Positions 12,231-19,132 of a stretch of 64,000 nucleotides of DNA are shown here, in pieces; position 1 is the stretch's first letter; each line of letters begins with the position of its first letter. The notes beneath the pieces are model-generated. The model saw only the letters and a list, made by a program, of their open reading frames with translations. It did no database searches and was not told the origin of the DNA. A program made the position numbers and the translations under genes. The DNA is from Rhodothermales bacterium (GTDB lineage Bacteria; Bacteroidota; Rhodothermia; Rhodothermales; UBA10348), in the NCBI GenBank assembly GCA_028284865.1, contig JANQQV010000024.1, positions 140,218 through 204,217 of the forward strand, read 5' to 3'.

Positions 12231-12914
12231 GTGAATCAGAGACCGCGCTCTTTCGTAGCAACGCTCACCCTCATTGAACCCGACCACACGAACAACCCCG
12301 TGTTTTACGATACCCCGTTTACACTCTTTCTCCTGCTCATCAATATCCTGGTGAGTGGCTACGCGCTATTCCAGGATCAGTCGCTGATCGGCAAGCTGGC
12401 CTTCAAGCCCCGGGAAATCCTCAAGAACGGCGAATGGTACCGGTTGATAACAGGCGGATTCGTACATGGAAGCATGGGCCACCTGGCGTTCAACATGATC
12501 ACGCTGTTCTTCTTCGGACCCGTACTCGAAGTTCAGATCGGCTCTATCGGATTCTTGATCGTCTACTTCGGAGCGGAGATCGCAGCCCACGCATTCACGC
12601 TCTGGCTACACAAGGACACGCCGGGTTATGCTGCCGTCGGAGCTTCTGGAGCCATCTCTGGGCTCGTGTTTTCATTCTGCCTTTTCCACCCCTTTCAAAG
12701 CATCTATCTGTTTTTCGCCATCGGAATTCCCGCTTGGTTGTTCGCGGCGGGCTTCGTGATCTTCTCTGTGATGGCCATGCGCAAGCGCGAGTCAGCGGCC
12801 ATGGGTGGTATTGCACATGAAGCGCATCTTGGGGGGGCGATTGGTGGCTTGCTGCTCACTCTGATTATCGAGCCGGACGCGCTGGGGATATTCCTGAATC
12901 AGATAGGGTTCTAG
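12231..12914 (+). CDS. Rhomboid family intramembrane serine protease
   Basis: 227 aa polytopic protein. WYRLITGGFVHGS, catalytic GASGAISG (GxSG) and downstream AHLGGAIGG (His) motifs. GTG start 25 nt after the sigma-like gene. Confidence 0.85.
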   Translation: MNQRPRSFVATLTLIEPDHTNNPVFYDTPFTLFLLLINILVSGYALFQDQSLIGKLAFKPREILKNGEWYRLITGGFVHGSMGHLAFNMITLFFFGPVLEVQIGSIGFLIVYFGAEIAAHAFTLWLHKDTPGYAAVGASGAISGLVFSFCLFHPFQSIYLFFAIGIPAWLFAAGFVIFSVMAMRKRESAAMGGIAHEAHLGGAIGGLLLTLIIEPDALGIFLNQIGF

Positions 12915-13011
12915 TCTAAAACCGTTATTGCAGTGACTGACTGGGAATCGATTCCAGTACACGATTAACGAAGACTTAATCACGGTCGAGAATACTTCCG
13001 TTATTGCACGG

Positions 13012-13043
13012 TTGCATCACCGCGTCACAGTCCCCTATATTTG
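13012..13043 (+). promoter_or_regulatory. Candidate Bacteroidota-type promoter (TTG ... TAnnTTTG)
   Basis: TTG at 13012-13014, then 21 nt, then TATATTTG at 13036-13043, matching the TAnnTTTG -7 element. About 100 nt upstream of a terminator. Confidence 0.35.
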
Positions 13044-13048
13044 CAGTA

Positions 13049-13146
13049 CTCATGCCGCCTGGGATTGCGTCCTCGTGTGAGGACACTCAGTCGCGCAGTG
13101 ACTATGGGCACCAAAAAGCTCGGTTCGTAAGGGCCGGGCTTTTTGC
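13049..13146 (+). ncRNA. Candidate ~100-nt small RNA (alternatively the rhomboid 3' UTR)
   Basis: Bounded by the candidate promoter and a terminator. Contains a perfect 6-bp hairpin GTCCTC-GTGT-GAGGAC (13069-13084). No ORF. Confidence 0.3.
13113..13144. terminator. Bidirectional-type intrinsic terminator
   Basis: A5 arm (13113-13117), stem GCTCGG (13118-13123) / CCGGGC (13134-13139) with one G-U pair, 10-nt loop, T5 arm (13140-13144). Confidence 0.65.
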
Positions 13147-13167
13147 GCATTCAAGCGTCACGTGGTT

Positions 13168-13197
13168 ATTCACAGACATGGAATACCCTGTGTGAAT
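13168..13197. promoter_or_regulatory. Inverted repeat ATTCACA-N16-TGTGAAT upstream of the large-RNA promoter
   Basis: Perfect 7-bp arms at 13168-13174 and 13191-13197, centred about 80 nt upstream of the predicted start at ~13263. Possible regulator site. Confidence 0.25.
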
Positions 13198-13227
13198 TTC
13201 TTGTGGAAGGAAGGCTGTGGCGAATTG

Positions 13228-13256
13228 TTGACTCACCTCGGATGCCAGACTATAAT
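13228..13256 (+). promoter_or_regulatory. Near-consensus sigma-70-type promoter
   Basis: TTGACT (13228-13233), exactly 17 nt spacer, TATAAT (13251-13256). Predicted start near A13263/G13264. Best canonical promoter match I saw in the window. Confidence 0.55.
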
Positions 13257-13262
13257 GGTCCC

Positions 13263-14007
13263 AGTGCCTGACGGCACAGTTCCTTGACGCGACTGAGTCT
13301 CTAGGCTGCATGAGGCAAGCCCAACCCCCCGAAAGGGAGGAAGCAGGGTCCCCGTGTCATCAGTGATCGTTCCGGTTTCGAGCAAGCCAGAGCAGGAGAT
13401 GGACACGAGCACAGTGTAGGCCGGGAGGATGTTCGAGAGGTTGGTTCGCAAGAGCCATCTTCGACGGCAGATGAATCCCGACTGGAAGCTGAGCAGAATG
13501 CGCGATGGTCGACCGGCCCCTGGCCGGTAGGATGTCGAGCAGGAGGGAATGGAGAGCGAACCGATTGGAAGCGTCCCGGCGCGACCGATCAACACGAACT
13601 CCTCGGCAGAAACGGAGGATCTCCAACAGTTCGGCTTCGGCCGGCAGGAGAAACTGCGAGATGCCACACTGCGGAGCCCATGAATCCCGAAAGCTTCTTC
13701 GGAAGTGGACTGGAGGAAGGCAATGCCCGCCGGAAGTGTCCCGCCCGCAAGGGTTGAGGCAGTCCCGACGGTTCACCTGTAGGGTTGTCGTCTTTATCGT
13801 GTGCCCATACGATGGAGACAACACGAGAAGTCGTTCGCGGCGGATCGTGTTATCCGAAGCCCCGTCAAACGGGCGACGGAATCCACTGAGACTCGAACCT
13901 CCCGCCAACTGGTGAGGAGAAAGCGCCTCGGCGTCGAGCCCCCACCAGGGGAGGTTCTCGTGTCAGGAGCAGAAAGAAAGCTATCCAACAGGATGGCTTT
14001 TTTTTGG
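13263..14007 (+). ncRNA. Unclassified large structured RNA candidate (~745 nt)
   Basis: Lies between the consensus promoter and a hairpin+T8 terminator. At least ten local hairpins, six capped by GNRA or UUCG tetraloops, plus a 9-bp long-range helix and internal repeats. Only Arg/Ser/Pro-rich junk ORFs. No RNase P, tmRNA or SRP signatures by eye. Confidence 0.6.
13980..14007 (+). terminator. Intrinsic terminator of the large RNA (may also serve the convergent HAD gene)
   Basis: 7-bp stem GCTATCC (13980-13986) / GGATGGC (13991-13997, one G-U), loop AACA, then T8 (13998-14005). The minus-strand reading is followed by TTTCTTTCT. Confidence 0.8.
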
Positions 14008-14076
14008 ACCTACGTTTTTCCGCGACAGGTCTCTGGTGAAGCAGCAGCGGCTTCCGTCATTTTGCAGCGGCTTGGA

Positions 14077-14790
14077 TCAGCCTGCCGCCAGGGAGTCGAC
14101 GTGGCTGATCAAGGTGGACCAATCCGTAAATGAGAGCACGTCGGGATGGTCGTACGTGGATTCCGAATACCAGGCAACCTTCCAACCTGCTCCGATACCG
14201 CCCCGCACATCGGAAGAAAGCGAGTCTCCGACGTACAGGATCTGCTCAGCGGGTACGCCAGCACGACGGGATGATTCCTCGAACAGCATCGGATCGGGCT
14301 TCAGAACGCCGACTTCCTCGCTGATGACGACCGTGTGGGACCTGTCCCGAATGGATGGGAATTGCTCCAGCTTCGAGCGCTGAATCTCCACGAATCCGTT
14401 CGTGAGAATGCCTACCGGGAGTCGCTCTGCGACTAACTCGAATGCTTCGAATGCGCCCTCGATGGCTTTCCAATGCCCGGAATATGTATCCAGATAGCGA
14501 TGGGCCAGTTCTTCGTCCGCTTCTGTTGACAACCCCAGGCCCGAAAGCAGCTGCGAAAAGCGGCCGACCTTGGCTTGCCGTTTCGAGAATTCACCGGACG
14601 CGTACTTCCTCCAAACGACTGGATTGATCTGGCGATACAGCTGGTGAACCTGCTCAAACGAGTGCCCCCCGAACGGCGCGTCCGCGCTGGCGTGCATGTC
14701 ACGCAGTGCCTGGAGCTCGGCGTGAGAGTGGTCCAGAAGTGTGTCGTCCAGATCGAAATAGACAAAGCGGATCGGGGAGCTGCTTGCCAT
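14077..14790 (-). CDS. HAD-superfamily hydrolase (phosphatase-like)
   Basis: 237 aa, motif I FDLDDTLLD, motif III/IV region YVGDSLSSDVRGG. Its ATG overlaps the stop of the upstream gene at 14790. Confidence 0.85.
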   Translation of the reverse strand: MASSSPIRFVYFDLDDTLLDHSHAELQALRDMHASADAPFGGHSFEQVHQLYRQINPVVWRKYASGEFSKRQAKVGRFSQLLSGLGLSTEADEELAHRYLDTYSGHWKAIEGAFEAFELVAERLPVGILTNGFVEIQRSKLEQFPSIRDRSHTVVISEEVGVLKPDPMLFEESSRRAGVPAEQILYVGDSLSSDVRGGIGAGWKVAWYSESTYDHPDVLSFTDWSTLISHVDSLAAG

Positions 14791-15995
14791 CAGATAGCCA
14801 CCTCAAACATGGCATACTCCTTCTCAACAACTCCTCCCATTGACTCGAGCGAATTGATGAGCACGCGGTTGCTGTCGAGCACCCAGCTCATTTCGGCTGC
14901 CAGGATGCCAACTTCCAGGCTTTTCACGACGATCTCGTGTACGAGCAACGTATCGATCGCTTTCCCCTGATGGGCTTTACGGACGCCCATCAGCGGGAGT
15001 CTGGTTTCCCGGATGACTCCGCTTTTAGCGATGGTCAGCAGCTTCAGAAGACCTGAAGGCAGCAATCGACCATTCGGAATCGTCTTGAAAGCATAGTTCA
15101 GATCCGGAAGAAGGACGGCAAACCCGACTGCTTCTCCTTCGATCTCAGCGAACACAACCACGCGTTCGTCAATGATCTGCTTCATGTCGGACGCCAACTG
15201 CGCAAATTCAGCGTCAGTCATGGGGACATGTCCCCAGTTGTCCGACCATGCATCATTGTAGATGTCCAGAATCAGCCGGGCTTCCTCTTCGAAGCGATCC
15301 ATCTTCAATTGACGAATCGCGAGCGTGGGGTATCGACGTTTCAGAAGGGCGATACCTCTGGCCATTTTCTCCTTGTTGAAGAACTTGGTATGGGCGTAAT
15401 AGGCCCACATGGTCATCTTTCGCTCAAACCCGTACTCCAGCAAAAAGCCCTCAAACCACGAATGGTTGTAGGGCATCAGGATGGCTGGTTGTTTGTCGAA
15501 ACCGTCCACCAGCAGGCCCGCCACATCATTCATCGACGGATTCGTCGGGCCTCGCATGGCACGCAATCCTTGACCGCGCAACCAGTCGGCAGCGGTGTCA
15601 AAGAGCGCTTTGGAAACCGCCGCATCTTCGACGACATCATAAAATCCGAAGAACCCGACGCCATCGTCGTACTTCTTCAGGTGCATCCCATTCTTGATGG
15701 CGGCAATCCGGCCGATGACACGTCCGGCATTATCCCTCGCCAGGAAGAGCTGCATGTCGCCGTGCTCGAAGAAGGCATTCTTCTTCGGGTTGATGAGCTT
15801 TGCCGCGTCGATGCGAAGAGGGGGCACCCAAACATCCGTATCCCGATATAGATCGTACGGAAACTGAATGAATGCCCTTCGATCCGCTCGGGATTGAGCT
15901 GGGCGAACGGAAAAGGCCGTGGCTTTGGAGTCCAAGGAAGTCACACCTGGAAAGAGAAAGGCGCCAGTCTGGACGTCCATGACGTCACAGACCAT
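14790..15995 (-). CDS. Uncharacterised GNAT-fold acyltransferase-like protein (~400 aa)
   Basis: 401-aa ORF. The central and C-terminal parts resemble long GNAT-family proteins (GRIAAI, FFGFYD, MRGPTNPSMND, VRKAHQGKAID). Sits between the alpha-oxoamine synthase and the HAD gene. Start may be an internal Met. Confidence 0.6.
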   Translation of the reverse strand: MVCDVMDVQTGAFLFPGVTSLDSKATAFSVRPAQSRADRRAFIQFPYDLYRDTDVWVPPLRIDAAKLINPKKNAFFEHGDMQLFLARDNAGRVIGRIAAIKNGMHLKKYDDGVGFFGFYDVVEDAAVSKALFDTAADWLRGQGLRAMRGPTNPSMNDVAGLLVDGFDKQPAILMPYNHSWFEGFLLEYGFERKMTMWAYYAHTKFFNKEKMARGIALLKRRYPTLAIRQLKMDRFEEEARLILDIYNDAWSDNWGHVPMTDAEFAQLASDMKQIIDERVVVFAEIEGEAVGFAVLLPDLNYAFKTIPNGRLLPSGLLKLLTIAKSGVIRETRLPLMGVRKAHQGKAIDTLLVHEIVVKSLEVGILAAEMSWVLDSNRVLINSLESMGGVVEKEYAMFEVAI

Positions 15996-16056
15996 TGAAG
16001 TCGATCACGAGGGGGTTCACCAAACAAGCAGGAGAGCGCTACCGGTCGGCTACAAG

Positions 16057-17397
16057 TTACGCTGCTGTTCCGTTAGGCGCGATGACACCGTGCTTCAGAC
16101 CAACTCTCCGGAATGCTTCCAGGATGAAGTCGAGGTCTTCGTTGGTGTGAGTGGCCATGTAGGACGTCCGCAGGAGTGACTGGCCTTGAGGGACAGCTGG
16201 CGGAATGACCGCGTTTACAAATACGCCCTCTTCGAGCAAGTCATGCCACATCTCCAGGCACGTCCGCATGGTCGTTGCAACGACCGGAATGATGGGCGCC
16301 TGGCTCTTGAGTACGTTGAATCCCAGATTGCGGAATCCTTCGCGCATGTAATCCGAGATTTCCCAGAGACGATCCAAACGCTCAGGCTCATCAATCAAGA
16401 TTTCGAGGCATTTGAGAACCGTTGCAATGGCCGAAGGTGGCATGGAAGCACTGAAAATGTGTGCCGAAGCCGTGTGTCGAATGTACTCGATCACTTTACG
16501 ATCGCCGACGACGAAACCACCCAGTGAGGCGAAGCTCTTTGAGAACGTCCCCGTTGTAAGGTGAACGCGATCGCCGAGGCCGAAATGAGCTGCGCTGCCC
16601 CGTCCGCCTGGTCCGATGACACCAACCGCATGAGCATCATCCAACATGAGGGCTGCATTGAACTCTTCAGCCAGTTCGACAAGCTCAGGGACTTTGGCAA
16701 TGGCGCCGCTCATGGAGAACACGCCGTCGGTCACGATGAACTTGCCGGCATCCGGATTTTCGGCGTTGGCCTTTTCCAGGAGTTTCCGGAGGTGAACCAT
16801 GTCATCATGACGGAAACGGACCGTTTCGGCCATGGACACTTTCGTTCCTGCCACAATGCAGGCGTGGTTGTCCTTGTCCGAAAATACAATGTCGCCTTTC
16901 TTGGCCAGGGACTCGATGACGCCTTGGTTGGTCATGTAGCCCGTGGAAAACAGCACGCATGCTTCGGTGCCCATGAACTCGGCGAGACGTTCTTCGAGTT
17001 GCAAGTGCAAGTCCAGTGTGCCGTTCAGGAACCGTGAACCGGTGCACCCTGAGCCGTACTGCTCGATGGCTTCTTCGGCAGCTTTCTTCACCCGGGGATC
17101 GGAAAGGAGGCCGAGGTAATTGTTCGACCCGGCCATGATGATCTCGCGACCATCCATAATGGCACGCGTGCCATCATTCTTCTCAATGGGGCGAAAGTAG
17201 GGGTAGAGGTCCGCTTCCTTGACCTGCGCAAACAGTCCTTGTTCATCGAAGAACCGGTCACATTTGTCAAAAAGTGCGGGCTGCGCGGGTGCGACGGCCG
17301 GCCCGGAGGCTGGAGTCGACTTGTTGTACCTGTCAGACATAATGCGGAGACCCGATTTCAAAGCATCGGCTTGGGCGTCGATGGGCATCGTGACCAA
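16057..17397 (-). CDS. Alpha-oxoamine synthase family PLP enzyme (serine palmitoyltransferase / cysteate-acyltransferase-like rather than BioF)
   Basis: 446 aa. GSGCTGSRFLNG, DDAHAVG, PLP-lysine motif GTFSKSFAS. Longer than typical BioF/Kbl and no biotin genes nearby. Alternative start at 17340 (MSDRYNK). Confidence 0.8.
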   Translation of the reverse strand: MVTMPIDAQADALKSGLRIMSDRYNKSTPASGPAVAPAQPALFDKCDRFFDEQGLFAQVKEADLYPYFRPIEKNDGTRAIMDGREIIMAGSNNYLGLLSDPRVKKAAEEAIEQYGSGCTGSRFLNGTLDLHLQLEERLAEFMGTEACVLFSTGYMTNQGVIESLAKKGDIVFSDKDNHACIVAGTKVSMAETVRFRHDDMVHLRKLLEKANAENPDAGKFIVTDGVFSMSGAIAKVPELVELAEEFNAALMLDDAHAVGVIGPGGRGSAAHFGLGDRVHLTTGTFSKSFASLGGFVVGDRKVIEYIRHTASAHIFSASMPPSAIATVLKCLEILIDEPERLDRLWEISDYMREGFRNLGFNVLKSQAPIIPVVATTMRTCLEMWHDLLEEGVFVNAVIPPAVPQGQSLLRTSYMATHTNEDLDFILEAFRRVGLKHGVIAPNGTAA

Positions 17398-17453
17398 AGC
17401 GTATGGTTATGGTTGGTCGAAGGGCGGCAACCGTTACAACCGTAGACACGCGC

Positions 17454-17465
17454 GAACACGTGTTC
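17454..17465. promoter_or_regulatory. Perfect 12-bp palindrome GAACACGTGTTC upstream of the alpha-oxoamine synthase operon
   Basis: Located 57-68 nt upstream of the 17397 start codon in the operon's only upstream gap. Candidate dimeric regulator site. Confidence 0.3.
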
Positions 17466-17546
17466 GAGTTACGACAAACGTCCTTCAAGTGGCCCATTTC
17501 AGCAAAACGCCAGCAAATGCCTACCCCCCAAACGGGTTCCGGCGGT

Positions 17547-18194
17547 TCACCGTAGGGTAAAACCGCCTCCCTTGGATGAACCAAGGTGGAATCGAGCTGA
17601 CAGGCGGAATCCGCCCATAGTTGGGGTGGCCTGAAAACTCAGGTCCTCTCCAACGTCAAAATCGAGTAAGTGCGCACTTACAAAAGCGTCCAGCATCGCC
17701 AGACCATACACTAAGCCGATGCCAACGAAGGAAAGGTCACGCGATCTGCGAAAATTATTTCGCTGACTCTGAAGAGGTCTGGAAGAGATGGCTCCGAATT
17801 CAGCAGCAATCTCGTCGTACGAGCTCTGGAAGCCTGCTTTCGGGTTCGTAGTCTCCTGTCCGGCTTCGACCAATTCCTGCCAAGCCTTGTATTGAAAGGC
17901 TTCCCGATACAGGACATAATCAGAATGGGCAGTGACTGCGCTGTATGCCAGTACGCCAATGGCTCCGTAAACAAATGGCAGCTTGATGTACTGCCTGTTG
18001 TAGATCTGTCCCCAGCCGGGAGCCAGTGCGCCCCGAAGCAGGGCTTTGCGCGGAGAATGCGCATAGGATTCAGGCGCAAACGTACTGTCCGCCTGAATGA
18101 GCTGTGCCTGGGACGGGAGTGCAGTGCATGTCGCCAGGGTGACGACAATCACCGCTACCCACATGCGTTCTCGATTACCTTTGGCGCCTTTCAT
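17547..18194 (-). CDS. DUF5683-like membrane protein
   Basis: 215 aa, signal/TM then ALAPGWGQIYNRQYIKLPFVYGAIG motif. Sits directly downstream of parB, as is common in Bacteroidota. Confidence 0.7.
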   Translation of the reverse strand: MKGAKGNRERMWVAVIVVTLATCTALPSQAQLIQADSTFAPESYAHSPRKALLRGALAPGWGQIYNRQYIKLPFVYGAIGVLAYSAVTAHSDYVLYREAFQYKAWQELVEAGQETTNPKAGFQSSYDEIAAEFGAISSRPLQSQRNNFRRSRDLSFVGIGLVYGLAMLDAFVSAHLLDFDVGEDLSFQATPTMGGFRLSARFHLGSSKGGGFTLR

Positions 18195-18199
18195 GTCGC

Positions 18200-19132
18200 C
18201 TAGCGCTCAAGCACGTCCACAATGCGCTCGAGATCCTCGTTCGAGTAGTACTCTACCTCGACGCGTCCGCCGTCACCATCACTTCCGGGTTTGATCTGGA
18301 CCTTGGTGCCAAGTGCCCGACGCATCCTGTCTGCCATCGCACTCATTTCTGCCGTGACGGCCTGCTTTTCTGCTTTCGAGGACTTTTTCTTTGGCTTGGA
18401 AGGTGGTTTGAGCAGTTCGCGCACCCGCTGCTCCACTTCACGAACCGACATGCCGGAGGCTGCGATTTCGTCCATGAGTGAGCGCTGCAACGTTTCGTCT
18501 TCCAGCGGAAGCAGGGCGCGCGCGTGGCCCGTTGACAGGATTCCGTCACGGAGGCCGGCCTGAATCAGGGGCGGCAAATTCAGCAAGCGAAGGAAATTGG
18601 CCACCGTCGAGCGGTTCTTGCCCACCTTCGTGGCAACCTGCTCCTGGGTCAGGCTGCACTCATCAATGAGACGTTGATATCCGAGGGCCACTTCGATCGG
18701 ATTCAACTGCTCGCGCTGGACGTTCTCTACGATGGCCATTTCCAGCATGGCTTCGCTGTCCGCTTCGCGTACAAATGCGGGTACGCTGTTCAACCCGGCT
18801 GCTTTGGCCGCCTTGAGGCGACGCTCGCCCGATATCAATTCGTATCGATCTCCTCCGGTTTTCCGGACTGTGATAGGCTGGATGATGCCCAGCTGTCGAA
18901 TCGAGTTGGACAGCTCCTGGAGCGCCGTTTCGTCAAAATGGGTCCGTGGCTGAAACGGGTTGGGGGCCACGCGGTGGACATCGACCTCGGCAATGGTCCC
19001 CGCCGAACGAATGCGTTCGTCGAAGTTGTACAGCTTGGTACTTTCGATTCCTGCCGATTTTGGCGTGCTTTCATCCGAGTCCGGAAGAAGAGCTCCGAGT
19101 CCGCGGCCCAGCGCTGATTTCTTCTTGCTCAT
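18200..19132 (-). CDS. parB: Chromosome partitioning protein ParB
   Basis: 310 aa, GLGALL N-terminus, ParB box IIQPITVR...YELISGERRLKAAK, HTH region. 4-nt overlap with parA. Confidence 0.93.
   Translation of the reverse strand: MSKKKSALGRGLGALLPDSDESTPKSAGIESTKLYNFDERIRSAGTIAEVDVHRVAPNPFQPRTHFDETALQELSNSIRQLGIIQPITVRKTGGDRYELISGERRLKAAKAAGLNSVPAFVREADSEAMLEMAIVENVQREQLNPIEVALGYQRLIDECSLTQEQVATKVGKNRSTVANFLRLLNLPPLIQAGLRDGILSTGHARALLPLEDETLQRSLMDEIAASGMSVREVEQRVRELLKPPSKPKKKSSKAEKQAVTAEMSAMADRMRRALGTKVQIKPGSDGDGGRVEVEYYSNEDLERIVDVLER

Noticed and set aside
13056-13066. ZTP (pfl) riboswitch 3' element CCGCCTGGG
   Set aside because: The 5' subdomain consensus is absent upstream, and no purine or folate gene (or any gene) follows on this strand.
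13320-13350. SRP (4.5S) RNA: GAAA tetraloop followed by GGAAGCAGGG resembles the SRP domain IV 3' strand
   Set aside because: The conserved 5'-side loop nucleotides are missing. The tetraloop-to-loop spacing differs. The flanks do not fold into the long end-to-end hairpin expected of a ~100-nt SRP RNA.
13334-13520. RNase P RNA: strings GAGGAAGCAGGG, AGATGAAT, GCAGAAT and GATGCCACAC loosely recall CR-I/CR-V and the GUGCCACAGAAA element
   Set aside because: No complementary P4 3' strand exists for the putative 5' strand. GGUAACGCC-type elements are absent on both strands. The order and spacing of the look-alike strings are wrong.
13233-13915. ORFs inside the RNA locus (13233..13667 -, 13360..13908 -, 13505..13915 +) as possible proteins
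   Set aside because: Translations are Arg/Ser/Pro/Gly-rich with no domain-like pattern. They overlap each other on both strands, cross many perfect hairpins and tetraloops, and lack plausible starts relative to the promoter and terminator.
13880-13915. tmRNA/tRNA-like 3' end: TCGAACCTCCCGCCAAC resembles a T-loop plus acceptor
   Set aside because: No 5-bp T-stem can be formed on either strand, there is no GGGG 5' acceptor partner, and there is no tag-peptide reading frame ending in ALAA-type codons.
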